Origin: Amphiscolops sp. MND2022
Lineage: Eukaryota
Length of the DNA stretch: 64,000 bases
Assembly: GCA_964187785.1 (NCBI GenBank)
Contig: OZ076409.1
Location: 76,200,001-76,264,000 of the forward strand
Reading direction: 5' to 3'
Shown piece after piece: positions 38,293 to 51,966 of the stretch. Below the pieces are notes generated by a model. That model saw nothing but the letters and a program-made list of their open reading frames with translations, ran no database searches and was not told where the DNA came from. How positions within the stretch are numbered: the first letter of the stretch is position 1; each line of letters begins with the position of its first letter. Both the position numbers and the translations under genes were made by a program.

Positions 38293-41200
38293 GTGCGGGG
38301 GGGAAACCCCATCCCTTATCTTGGAGGATTCGGGTAGGGTCCTGAATCCGATTTTAGTTCGCCCAGCTCTCAGTAGAAATCTGGGAAATTTTTTGCGATC
38401 TCGTGATCTAACCATAGGATTTTAAAGTTGGAGCGGCCCCCACCAGATTTTCCAAAGTTATTCGCCCCCCACCGGGTTCCAGCGTGATTGAAATATTTTG
38501 TCGGGGTACACGGGCGACCGTTAGGGGTCATTTTAGGGGTAAAATTTATATCCGGTCGCATAACTTTTTTCCTGTTGGTTTAAAACTTTAGGACCCTGCT
38601 AAAAGTTTCTTGACCATGTTGCAGGGGCCCCGGAGGTCCAAACCAAATTTTTCTATCTTGAAGCTATCTCCAAGTACCCCCCCGCCCAAACCGTTATTTT
38701 TCCGGAAACGCAGGTTTTTGACCCGGAAAGAGTCGTCTGAGCGCGGGGTCGTTAGGTGATGTTTTGGGGACGGCCTCGAGACGAAGCGGGGGATATATAG
38801 TTTGCCGACCCCAGTTTACCCCCCGCACGGGAAATGACCGTTATATGAGCGGAAAAAATGCCCCCCTCCACGTTTTACCGCTATTTCCGGTGTGAAGGAG
38901 TGGGAGTAGCGCGTCGGGTGTTATATATCAAAAGTAGGTTTAGACAAGGACCTATCGGAAACATGTAGTTTGGGACCCCCTGGACCAACCCGTTAGCAGG
39001 AAATGGGGCTTCCGCCTCCTTTTTTTACTGCTAAAACCGTAAAATGGGCATTGAGGGGTAAATATCTCGTGAACGCGTGGAGCAATCGTGTCCATCACTA
39101 CTACAAGGTTTCATACCCATGATATGGTGCCTTCAGGGGGGCAAACAGATTTCCGCTATCTATCACCGTTACCGACTTGGCCCCCCAGCCTAACCGCTAT
39201 GTGACCGGAAATGTCACTTTTTGAGCCCAAAGGGTCGGTCCCAGCCGGGGAACGTTAGGTAACTTATTGTAGTACTCAATGAGACGAGTTGGGGGATATA
39301 GTTTCAGTCACCCCCGTTACCCCTTAAGACCGGAAATGACCGTTATGTGAGTAAATTTGCCGTTTTTGTCCTATTTGAAGGGCATTTAGATGCGGAAGGA
39401 GTGGTAATAGGTGCTTGGACACTATATGAGGTAAGGGAGGATATGAGGCGAGCATTCGGAAATAACCGTTATGTTGACCCCAAAGTCCCCCTGGTACCGT
39501 AAACGACCGGAAATGGTCAAATTTTCTGTTTATAGGGTACAAATGTTTGGTATTTTGTAGATAAAAGTATCTATTAGGTGTTTCAAAGGCCTCCAGAAGT
39601 GAACATCGTCATGAAACCTTGTGGGGGGTAACGGTATATAACACCGGAAGTCCAAACCGTTGGTCACAGAATAGGTTTTTTGGTTTCAAAATGTCTTTAG
39701 GCGTAGTTTTATGGGTTGAATCGTCATAATATCAACTATTACGGACATTTTTCGGAAAAAAAATTTTTTCACATTAGTTTCAGAGACCTCCAATGCTTCA
39801 GTCAACATAACCGTTACATTTTGATAGCCTTTCAAGTTGGCCTGGCGTCAACTTGGAAGGGCTATCCTTCTAAAATCGTTAATCAAGAGTGTTTTTGGGT
39901 AGGTATATGTTGCATTAGTACCAATTAGAGCTTCATCAACAGTTTGCCAACGGCAAAAACGATGTCGTGATAATTCCGTTATAAGAATATTATTTAAAAA
40001 ATTGTTTACAAAGTTGATTTTTTTCATTTAAAATGTGTCCTAATGCCACCAAATTGAATAAAATAATAAATGGTATTGACTAAAACTAAATAACATTGAA
40101 AAAGAAGATCAACATTTTTATTAGGTCTCATTATGGAAGCTGAAACCTCACGTTTTAACTTGATTAACGTCAACGCCACATACTTTACATCAACGCCACC
40201 GTCTGTGGGCATGCCGAGGCATGCCCTTCGACGACGTATACCAAACAACCTCCATATCTACACCCGATTGCGGTAGCAGCTAGGTGCGGGGGGGTAACCC
40301 CAACAAAGATATTGGAGGATTCGGGTAGGGTCCTGAATCCGATCTTAGTACCGTCAGCTATCAGTAGAAAATTTCCCTCAAAAACCGGGATCTCGGGAAC
40401 TAACCGTAGGATTTGGAAGTTGGAGCGGCCCCCACCAGATTTTCCCGAATAGATCGCCCCCCACCGGGCTCCATACCCCGGAAAATTTTTTTTTGGCCAC
40501 ACGGGCGACAGTTAGGGGGTCATTTTAGGGGTAAAATTCATATTGGTCCATATAACTTTTTTCCTGTTGGTTTAAAAGTTTGGGAACCCTTCTAAAGGTT
40601 TTTCGACCATGTTGCAAGGGCTCCGGAGGTGCAAACCAAATTTTTCTATCTTGAAGCTATCTCCAAGTACCCCCCCGCTCAAACCGTTATTTTTCCGGAA
40701 ACGCAGGTTTTTGACCCGGAAGGAGTCGTCTGAGCGCGGGGTCGTTAGGTGATGTTTTGGGGACGGCCTTGAGACAAAGTGGGGGACAAGTAGTTTGCCA
40801 ACCTCAATTTACCCCCCGGACGGGAAATGACCGTTATATGAGCGTGAAAAATGCCCCCTCCACGTTTTACCGCTATTTCCGGTGTGAAGGTGTGGGAGTA
40901 GCGCGTCGGGTGCCATATATCAAAAGTAGGTTTAGACAAGGATCTATCAAAAACATGTGGTTTGGGACCCCCTGACCCAACCCGTTAGCGGGAAATGGGG
41001 CTTCCGCCTCCTTTTTTTTCGGTTAAAAACGGAAAATGGGCATTGAGGGGTAAATATCTCGTGAACGCGTGGAGCTACGGTGTCCTTCACTACTACAAGG
41101 TTTCATACCCATGATATGGTGCCTTCAGGGGGGCAAACAGATTTCCGCTATCTATCACCGTTACGGACTTGGCCCCCCAGCCTAACCGCTATGTGACCGG

Positions 41201-44200
41201 AAATGTCACTTTTTGAGCCCAAAGTGTCGGTCCCAGCCAGGGAACGTTAGATAACTTTTTGTAGTACTCATTGAGACGAGTTGGGGGACATAGTTTCAGT
41301 CACCCCCCCGTTACCCCTTGTGACCGGAAATGACCGTTATGTGGGTAAAATTGGGATTTTTGTACTTTTTGAAGGGCAATTAGGTGCGGAAGGAGTGGTA
41401 ATAGGTGCTTGGACACTATATGATGGAATGGAGGACGTGAGGCGAACATTCAGACATAACCGTTATGTTGACCCTAAAGTCCCCCTGGTACCGTAAACGA
41501 CCGGAAATGGTCAAATTTTGTGTCTATTGGGTACAAATGTTTGGTATTTTGTAAATAAAAGTATCTATTAGGTGTTTCGACGGTCTGCAGTAGTGAACAT
41601 AGTCATGAAACCTTGTGGGGGGTAACGGTATATAGCACCGGAAGTCCAAAACGTTAGAGACGGGATAGGTTTTTCCGTTTTAAAATGTCTTTCGGCGTAC
41701 TTTTGTCAACTAATATGGAATATTTTTTAAAATTAAAGTTTTTCCATATAGTTTCAGAGACTCCCAAACCTCAAACAACATAACCGTTACCTTATGATAG
41801 CCTTTCAAGTTGGCCTGGTGTCAACTTGGAAGGGCTATCCTTCAAAAATCGTTGATCAAGTGTGTTTTTGGGTATGTTTGAATCATTTTAGAATCAATTA
41901 GAGCTTCAAGAAATGTTTGCCAACGACAAAAACTATGTCGTGATGATTCCGTTATTAGAGTGATAGTTAACAAAATATTGATTAAGTTGATTTTTTACAT
42001 TTCAAAAGTGTCCTAAAAGCCGGAAAACCTCTTTACCAAACAAATGGTATTGATTGGATTGTATATAACAGGTAATAAAAGTTCAAATTGATTATTACGT
42101 TTTATTATGTAAGCTGAAACGTCATATTATAGTTTAATTAACGTCAACGCCACATACTTTACACCAACGCCCACCGTCTGTGGGCATGCCGAGGCATGCC
42201 CTTCGACGACGTATACCAAATACATTTCATATCTACACCCACCCGCGGTAGCAGCTAGGTGCGGGGGGGTAACCCCAACAAATATATTGGAGGATTCGGG
42301 TAGGGTCCTGAATCCGATTTTAACTCTAATAGCTATCGATAGGAAATCTTGCAAAAATTTCGGGATCTCGTGATCTAACCATAGGATTTTAAAGTTGGAG
42401 CGGCCCCCACCAGATTTTCCAAAATTGATCGCCCCCCACCGGGTTCCATACCCCGGAAAATTTTTTTCTGGCCACACGGGCGACCGTTAGGGGGTCATTT
42501 TAGGGGTAAAATTCATATTGGGCCACATAACTTTTTTTCTGTTGATTTAAAACTTTGGAACCCTGCTAAAAGTTTCTTGACCGTGTTGCAGGGGCCCCGA
42601 AGGTCCAAACCAAATTTTTCTATCTTGAAGCTATCTCCAAGTACCCCCACGCTCAAACCGTTATTTTTCCGGAAACGCAGGTTTTTGACCCGGAAGGAGT
42701 CGTCTGAGCGCGGGGTCGTTAGGTGATGTATTGGGGACGGCCTTGAGACGAAGTGGGGGACAAGTAGTTTGCCAACCTCAATTTACCCCCCGGACGGGAA
42801 ATGACCGTTATATGAGCGTGAAAAATGCCCCCCTCCACGTTTTACCGCTATTTCCTGTGTGAAGGAGTGGGAGTAGCGCGTCGGGTGTTATATAACAAAA
42901 GTAGGTTTAGACAAGGACCTATCGGAAACATGTAGTTTGGGACCCCCTGGACCAACCCGTTAGCGGGAAATGGGGCTTCCGCCTCCTTTTTTTAGTGCTA
43001 AAACCGTAAAATGGGCATTGAGGGGTAAATATCTCGTGAACGCGTGGAGCAATCGTGTCCATCACTACTACAAGGTTTCATACCCATGATATGGTGCCTT
43101 CAGGGGGGCAAACAGATTTCCGCTATCTATCACCGTTACCGACTTGGCCCCCCAGCCTAACCGCTATGTGACCGGAAATGTCACTTTTTGAGCCCAAAGG
43201 GTCGGTCCCAGCCGGGGAACGTTAGGTAACTTATTGTAGTACTCAATGAGACGAGTTGGGGGATATAGTTTCAGTCACCCCCCGTTACCCCTTGGGACCG
43301 GAAATGACCGTTATGTGGGTAAAATTCCAATTTTTATACTTTTTCAAGTGTATTTAGGTGCGGAAGGAGTGGTAATAGGTGCTTGGACACTATATGAGGT
43401 AAGGGAGGACGTGAGGCGAGCATTCGGAAATAACCGTTATGTTGACCCTAAAGTCCCCCTGGTACCGTAAACGACCGGAAATGGTCAAATTTTGTGTCTA
43501 TTGGGTACAAATGTTTTGTATTTTGTAGATAAAAGTATCTATTAGGTGTTTCGACGGTCTACAGTAGTGAACATAGTCATGAAACCTTGTGGGGGGTAAC
43601 GGTATATAGCACCGGAAGTCAAACCGTTGGAGACAGGATAGGTTTTTTGGTTTTAAATTGTCTTTCGGCGTAATTTTTTCGACTCTTGTGGAGTATTTTT
43701 AAAAATTAAAGTTTTTCCATATAGTTTCAGAGACTCCGAAACCTCAACCAACATAACCGTTACTTTATGATAGCCTTTCAAGTTGGCCTGGTGTCAACTT
43801 GGAAGCGCTATCCTTCTGAAATCGTTAATCAAGAGTGTTTTTGGGTAGGTATATATTGCATTAGTACCAATTAGAGCTTCATCAACAGTGTATCAACGAC
43901 AAAAACTATGCCGTCATGATTCCGTTATTAGAATCATAGTGAGCAAATTGTTGAAAAAAATGGTTTTTACCATACAAAATGTGTCCTAAATGCCAGGAAA
44001 CCTATTTACCTAACAAATGGTATTAATTGGAATGTTTGTAACAGATTTATAAAAGTTCAAATTGAATATTACATTTCATTATGGAAGCTGAAACGTCATA
44101 TTTTAGTTTAATTAACGTCAACGCCACACACTTTACATCAACGCCCACCGTCTGTGGGCATGCCGAGGCATGCCCTTCGACGACGTATGACAAATCCATA

Positions 44201-46198
44201 TCAAACGACGCCCGTACATCCCGGGCTAGGTGCGGGGGGGAAACCCCAACAAAGATATTGGAGGATTCGGGTAGGGTCCTGAATCCGATTTTAACTCTAA
44301 TAGCTATCGATAGGAAATCTTGCAAAAATTTCGGGATCTCGTGATCTAACCATAGGATTTTAAAGTTGGAGCGGCCCCCACCAGATTTTCCGAAAATTAG
44401 CGCCCCCCACCGGGTTCCATACCCCGGAAAATTTTTTTCTGGCCACACGGGCGACCGTTAGGGGGTCATTTTAGGGGTAAAATTCATATTGGGCCACATA
44501 ACTTTTTTTCTGTTGATTTAAAACTTTGGAACCCTGCTAAAAGTTTCTTGACCGTGTTGCAGGGGCCCCGAAGGTCCAAACCAAATTTTTCTATCTTGAA
44601 GCTATCTCCAAGTACCCCCCCGCTCAAACCGTTATTTTTCCGGAAACGCAGGTTTTTGACCCGGAAGGAGTCGTCTGAGCGAGGGGTCGTTAGGTGATGT
44701 ATTGGGGACGGCCTTGAGACGAAGTGGGGGACAAGTAGTTTGCCAACCTCAATTTACCCCCCGGACGGGAAATGACCGTTATATGAGCGTGAAAAATGCC
44801 CCCCTCCACGTTTTACCGCTATTTCCGGTGTGAAGGAGTGGGAGTAGCGCGTCGGGTGTTATTTAACAAAAGTAGGTTTAGACAAGGACCTATCGGAAAC
44901 ATGTAGTTTGGGACCCCCTGGACCAACCCGTTAGCGGGAAATGGGGCTTCCGCCTCCTTTTTTTAGTGCTAAAACCGTAAAATGGGCATTGAGGGGTAAA
45001 TATCTCGTGAACGCGTGGAGCAATCGTGTCCATCACTACTACAAGGTTTCATACCCATGATATGGTGCCTTCAGGGGGGCAAACAGATTTCCGCTATCTA
45101 TCACCGTTACCGACTTGGCCCCCCAGCCTAACCGCTATGTGACCGGAAATGTCACTTTTTGAGCCCAAAGGGTCGGTCCCAGCCGGGGAACGTTAGGTAA
45201 CTTATTGTAGTACTCAGTGAGACGAGTTGGGGGATATAGTTTCAGTCACCCCCCGTTACCCCTTGGGACCGGAAATGACCGTTATGTGGGTAAAATTGCA
45301 ATTTTTATACTTTTTCAAGTGTATTTAGGTGCGGAAGGAGTGGTAATAGGTGCTTGGACACTATATGAGGTAAGGGAGGACGTGAGGCGAGCATTCGGAA
45401 ATAACCGTTATGTTGACCCTAAAGTCCCCCTGGTACCGTAAACGACCGGAAATGGTCAAATTTTGTGTCTATTGGGTACAAATGTTTTGTATTTTGTAGA
45501 TAAAGTATCTATTAGGTGTTTCGACGGTCTACAGTAGTGAACATAGTCATGAAACTTTGTGGGGGGTACCGTATATAGCACCGGAAATCCAAACCGTTGG
45601 AGACAGGATAGGTTTTTTGGTTTTAAAATGTCTTTCGGCGTACTATTGTCGACTATTATGGACTATTTTTAAAAAATAAAGTTTTTCCATATAGTTTCAG
45701 AGACTCCGAAACCTCAACCAACATAACCGTTACCTTATGATAGCCTTTCAAGTTGGCCTGGTGTCAACTTGGAAGGGCTATCCTTCAAAAATCGTTAATC
45801 AAGTGTGTTTTTGGGTATGTTTGTATCATTTTAGAATCAATAAGAGCTTCAAGAAAAGTTTGCCAACGACAAAAACTATGTCGTGATAATTCCGTTACTA
45901 GAATGATGGTTAACAAAATGTTGATAAAGTTGATTTTTTACATTTCAAATGTGTCCTAAAAGCCAGAAAACCTCTTTACCAAACAAATGGTATTGATTGA
46001 ATTGTATATAACAGGTAATAAAAGTTCAAATTGATTATTACGTTTCATTATTCAAGCTAAAAATTCATAACATAGTTTAATTAACGTCAACGCCACACAC
46101 TTTACATCAACGCCCACGGTCTGTGGGCATGCCGAGGCATGCCCTTCGACGACGTATGACAAATCCATATAAAACGACGCCCGTACATCCCGGGCTAG
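38293..46198 (+). mobile_element. Four family A units starting at 38293, 40284, 42259, 44230
   Basis: GCTAG|GTGCG junctions; lengths 1969-1991 bp. Confidence 0.75.
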
Positions 46199-47469
46199 GT
46201 GGTCTGTCCCGGTTAGGACATTAAAATAGGGCGAGGCCGGGGAGGGTCCCGTGCCGAGTTTTGGGTAGCGCGGAGCAGGGTTCAACATCTTACGTACCCC
46301 CGACCAAAAAACGACGATCTCGAATCCCACCCGTACGATTCGGCTGAAATTTGGCATGCGGCTTCCTCTAGCGATTCTAAGAACTTTTCCCTACTACCAT
46401 TTTGCCCAGAAATTATTTTTTGTTGACTTTTAGACTATTTTAGGGTCAGGAAGGAGCGTTTTTTCAAAAAATTTTTTTTCAAGAGCCCATATCTCGCTCC
46501 CACGTGCTCGGAGCGGGTCGCATGTGGACGTTGATATTGCTGGGCACTTCGTAAGGAGTCCGTAGACAAATTTTCGTCCAGATCGGATAAAAATTGACTG
46601 AGTAATAGCCGCAAATCGGACGATTTTTCTCGAAAATTTTGGTACATCTAGTCTATCTCTGCCGTTTTTTGCCCAGATTTTTTTCCAAGACCTCTCCTAA
46701 AGACCTCCCCTGGCCAGTTTACCTCCCAAAAAAACCATTTGGCCCTTTTGCCGCAGTTTCAGCGTTCCAGGATTCCCCGGGTAAAAGATAAATGACTTAG
46801 AATTTTTTCAAAAAATTTTCAAAATTTTTTTTTTAAACTTCAGGCCTCCCAAAGTCAAACAACTTCCACACAACTAGTATTGCAAGTGGATGCATGTGGG
46901 AAGTGCTCGAATAGACGAGAAAAATGAGCTATTATAAACTTCTGTAGCTTGACCTGACGTTGACTTATGACAATTTTAGTGTGAGCTTGCTATGTGAGAA
47001 AAAAATTCAAAAATTGAAAATCGAAGCTAAGTTTCATCTAAAACTCATCGGAATCCGTTGAATCCATTCTAAAGCGGTTCAATTCCAGCTGTTTAGTGCA
47101 GCAATACCATTCAAGGTCGTTTGACTCATTTTCATAAGTTTTGACACCGTCTTATCCATCCGAAAATTCGAAACAGTTGAGTACATTCCATCTCCCCTCC
47201 GTGGGAGATGGTAATGTACTCGAAAAAAGCCAAAGTCCTACCGCCCCATTCTACCCGGAGTGGTGCTAGCTATGCAGTAGCGTGAGCTCCAGGTTGTTTG
47301 CAGTAGCCTTTACGTATGTTGTGACTATGTATTACAATTATATCTCTTTAACTAAACATGAAAAAATTGTTTCAATCCCAAAATTTTTTTTTCAACTTTA
47401 GTATGTATATACATATACAACATTATACAGTGTCGCCCTACTTGCCATCACAGTCATTGCCTGCACTGG
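46199..47469 (+). mobile_element. Family C unit C1 (1271 bp) with an alternative 3' end
   Basis: Starts GTGGTC after GCTAG and is homologous to C2/C3 internally. Ends GCACTGG before GTGGCCGG, the same start as C3, and lacks the GGGCATGCC palindrome. Confidence 0.75.
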
Positions 47470-48740
47470 GTGGCCGGGAACTTTTTTTCCTGCATTTTTC
47501 TGTCCAATTGGGGGAGGGGCCCCAAGTGGCTGTTATCCGGTTTTACTACCTACCCTAAACACGCTCAAAAAATGACGATCTCGAAAACCACCCCTTAGAT
47601 TTTCCTGAAACTTTGCATACAGGCTTAGAATCAAATCCTAAGAACTATTTCCTACTGGCGTTTTTCTGAATTTTTTCAAAAAGTTGGTCAAAAATGCAAC
47701 AAAAGTTGCCAATGGACATAAAAAACGCAACTTTTCGACTTTGAGGGCTCATAACTTTTTCCAGAGTGCCCGGAGCAATTCGCACAGTGAGAAAAATATT
47801 GCTCAGCATTGTTGGAGGAGTGCGTGGACAAATTTGGGGTTGAATTGGATGAAAATTGACTGAGAAATAAACGAAAATTTTGGTGCATTTGTTGCAAATA
47901 CCAGTTTATCTCTGCCATTTTCGCCCAAAATTTTTCCCAGAGCCTTTACAGGAGGCAACCCCTGCCCAAATTTCTGCCGAGCAAACCCATTTGGCCCTAA
48001 ATACGAGGTTTCAGCGTTCTAGCATTTCCTGGCAAAAAGTTGTGGGACTCAGAAAAATTTCAAAAAACGCAAAAATTGTAAAAATTAACTTCTGGCGTCC
48101 CAAAGTCAAAAAACTTTCACACAACTAGTATTGCAAGTGAATGCATGTGGAAAGTACTTGCATAGACGAGAAAAATGAGCTATAGAACGACTCTGTAGCT
48201 TAATCTGACGTTGACTTATGACATTTTGAGTGTGAGCTTCCTATAGGATTTTAATGTCAAAAATGAGATTTTGTAAGTCATGTCTAATCAAAAACTCATC
48301 GGAATACGTTCAATCATCCCCATAGCTGTTCAATTACAGTGGCTCAGTAGAGCAACGCCATTTAATGTCCTTGGACCCATTTTGAAAATTTTCCTTACCG
48401 TCTTATTCGTCCGATATCACGAAACAGTTGAGTACATTCCATCTCCCCCCTTGTGGGGGAGATGAGAATGTACTCGCCAAACACCTGACACAATGGCCCA
48501 TATTGGTTTTTATTTGACCATTCTCACAATATTGCACACGGATAGTTGTGTTTGGTAAAAGTTTTCCATTGCACCATGTCTCCAGAGGGTAAACCACTTC
48601 TTTACCTTACTACTACTCAAACATGACTAACGTCAACGCCACATACTCGCATCAACGCCCACCGTCCGTGGGCATGCCGAGGCATGCCCTTCGACGACGT
48701 ATGCCAAATAGTGCCACCTGGCGCCCCCAATTTCCGCTAG
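47470..48740 (+). mobile_element. Family C unit C2 (1271 bp)
   Basis: Starts GTGGCCGGGAA and ends with the shared 3' module and CCGCTAG before GTGCG. Confidence 0.8.
48430..48475 (+). other. Long internal hairpin of family C (also at 47179-47221 and 51654-51699)
   Basis: GAGTACATTCCATCTCCCCC...GGGGGAGATGAGAATGTACTC, about 20 bp of stem with one bulged base. Confidence 0.85.
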
Positions 48741-50695
48741 GTGCGGGGGGGAAACCCCTACAAAGATATTGGAGGATTCGGGTAGGGTCCTGAATCCGAG
48801 TTCAGTGCTGCCAGCTATCGTTAGGGATTTTAGAAAATTTTGCCGATCTCGTGATCTAACCGTAGGATTTTAAAGTTGGAGCGGCCCCCACCAGATTTTC
48901 CAAAGTTATTCGCCCCCCACCGGGTTCCAGCGTGATTGAAATATTTTGACGGGGTACACGGGCGACCGTTAGGGGTCATTTTGGGGGTAAAATTTATATC
49001 CGGTCGCATAACTTTTTTCCTGTTGGTTTAAAACTTTGGGACCCTGCTAAAAGTTTCTTGACCGTGTTGCAGTGGCTCCGGAGGTCCAAACCAAATTTTT
49101 CTATCTTGAAGCTATCTCCAAGTACCCCCCCGCCCAAACCGTTATTTTTCCGGAAATGCAGGTTTTTGACCCGGAAGGAGTCGTCTGAGCGCGGGGTCGT
49201 TAGGTGATGTATTGGGAACGGCCTTGAGACGAAGCGGGGGATATATAGTTTGCCGACCCCAGTTTACCCCCCGGACGAGAAATGACCGTTATATGAGCGG
49301 GAAAAATGCCCCCCTCCACGTTTTACCGCTATTTCCGGTGTGAAGGAGTGGGAGTAGCGCGTCGGGTGTTATATAACAAAAGTAGGTTTAGACAAGGACC
49401 TATCGGAAACATGTGGTTTGGGACCCCCTGGACCAACCCGTTAGCGGGAAATGGGGCTTCCGCCTCCTTTTTTTACTGCTAAAACCGTAAAATGGGCATT
49501 GAGGGGTAAATATCTCGTGAACGCGTGGAGCAATCGTGTCCATCACTACTACAAGGTTTCATACCCATGATATGGTGCCTTCAGGGGGGCAAACAGATTT
49601 CCGCTATCTATCACCGTTAACGACTTGGCCCCCCAGCCCAACCGCTATGTGACCGGAAATGTCACTTTTTGAGCCCAAAGGGTCGGTCCCAGCCGGGGAA
49701 CGTTAGGTAACTTATTGTAGTACTCAATGAGACGAGTTGGGGGATATAGTTTCAGTCACCCCCCGTTACCCCTTGGGACCGGAAATGACCGTTATGTGGG
49801 TAAAATTGCAATTTTTATACTTTTTCAAGTGTATTTAGGTGCGGAAGGCGTGGTAATAGGTGCTTGGACACTATATGAGGTAAGGGAGGACGTGAGGCGA
49901 GCATTCGGAAATAACCGTTATGTTGACCCTAAAGTCCCCCTGGTACCGGAAGTGACCCGTAATGGTCAAATTTTGTGTTCAAAGGGTACAAATGTTTGGT
50001 ATTTTGTAGATAAAAGTATCTATTAGGTGTTTCGACGGTCTGCAGTCGTGAACATAGTCATGAAACCTTGTGGGGGGTAACGGTATATAGCACCGGAAGT
50101 CCAAGCCTTTGGAGACAGGATAAGTTTTTTGGTTTTAAAATGTCTTTCGGCCTACTTTTGTCGACTATTATGGTCTATTTTTGAAAAATAAAGATTTTCC
50201 ATATAGTTTCAGAGACTCCGAAACCTCAACCAACAAAACCGTTACCTTATGATAGCCTTTCAAGTTGGCCTGGTGTCAACTTGGAAGGGCTATCCTTCAA
50301 AAATCAATAATCAAGTGTGTTTTTGAGTATGTTTGTATTACTTTAGAATCAATTAGAGCTTCAAGAAAAGTTTGCCAACGACAAAAACTATGTCGTGATG
50401 ATTCCGTTATTAGAATAATAGTTAAGAAAATGTTGATAAAATTGATTTTTTACATTTCAAATGTGTCCTAAATGCCAGAAAACCTCTTTACCAAACAAAT
50501 GGTATTGATTGAATTGTATATAACAGCTAATAAAAGTTCAAATTGAATATTACGTTTCATTTAATTAGTTTAATTAACGTCAACGCCACATACTTTACAT
50601 CAACGCCCACCGTCCGTAGGCATGCCGAGGCATGCCTTTCGACGACGTATACCAGATTCCACCCACACAACACCCCCGAGCGCGGTAGCAGCTAG
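48741..50695 (+). mobile_element. Family A unit (1955 bp) with a ~20 bp deletion near 50560
   Basis: Standard termini, but the ATGGAAGCTGAAACGTCA segment is missing. Confidence 0.75.
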
Positions 50696-51966
50696 GTGGC
50701 CGGAAATTTTTTTTTCATCAAAATCTTTGCCATTGGGGGAGGGGCCCCGGATGGCCAGTAGTACGGGATAGCTTCCTACCAAATCCAGATGGAAAAAACG
50801 TGATTTTGGAAACTAGCCGTCAGAATTTGCTCAAATTTTGCATACGGCTTCCTATAACAATCCTAAGAACTAATCCCTACTGGCATTTTGCCCAAAAAAC
50901 GCAAAAAGTTGGTCAAAATCTTAGTTTTTTGGTCAAAAAATGGCGTTTTTTCGAAAAAAAATTTTTTCAGAGACAATTACTCGTAACTGGTTCACCCAGC
51001 GCAAAAACGCCTAGCTGATTTATTGTTGGGCACTTCATGAGGAGTGCGTATACAAATTTTCGTCCAAATCGGATAAAAGTTGATTGAGAAATAACTGAAA
51101 ATTTGAGGCATTTTTTTGGAAAATTTTGAAATCCCAGTCTATCTCTGCCGTTTTTTGCCCAGATTTTTTTCCAGACACTCTCCCAAAGACCTCCCCTGGC
51201 CGGTTTACCTCCCAGCAAAACCATTTGGCCCTAAATACGGAGTTTCAGCATTCCAGCAAACCCCGGGTAAAAGATAAATGACTTAGAATTTTTTCGAAAA
51301 ATTTTCAAAATTTTTTTTTTCAAATTCAGGCCTCCTAAAGTAAAGAAACTTCCACACAACTAGGATTGCAAGTGATAGCATGTGGAAAGTGCTTGAATAG
51401 ACGAGAAAAATGAGCTATTATACGACTCTGTAGCTTAACCTGACGTTGACTTATGATAATTTTAGTGTGAGCTTCGTATGTGCTGAAAAAATCAAAGAAA
51501 CCTAAAAGTCTTTTTAAGGTAATCAGGATACGTCCAATCAACCCCAGAGCTGTTATATTGCCGTTGTGTAGTAGAGCAACACCATTTAGAGTGTTTTGAC
51601 CCTTTTTGACAAGTTTTGATACAGTCTTGTTCATCCAATAGCTTAAAACAGTTGAGTACATTCCATCTCCCCCCTTGTGGGGGAGATGAGAATGTACTCG
51701 CTAAAAGTCAGGTACTATAGCGCCCATTTTGTTTTATTCGACGCTAGTGATGCTATTGCAGACGAATACAATAGTTTTGTCAAATCATGTTTGACATGAT
51801 GAATCTTACTTTACCTTTAGTTTACGTTTACCTACTACTACAACATCGCATCCCTGACGTCAACGCCACATACTCGCATCAACGCCCACCGTCCGTGGGC
51901 ATGCCGAGGCATGCCCTTCGACGACGTATGCCAAATAGCGCCACAGGGCGCAAACTTGTCCGCTAG
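50696..51966 (+). mobile_element. Family C unit C3 (1271 bp)
   Basis: Starts GTGGCCGGAAA after GCTAG. Ends with the shared 3' module, a GCGCCACAGGGCGC hairpin, an 11 nt spacer and CTAG. Confidence 0.8.
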
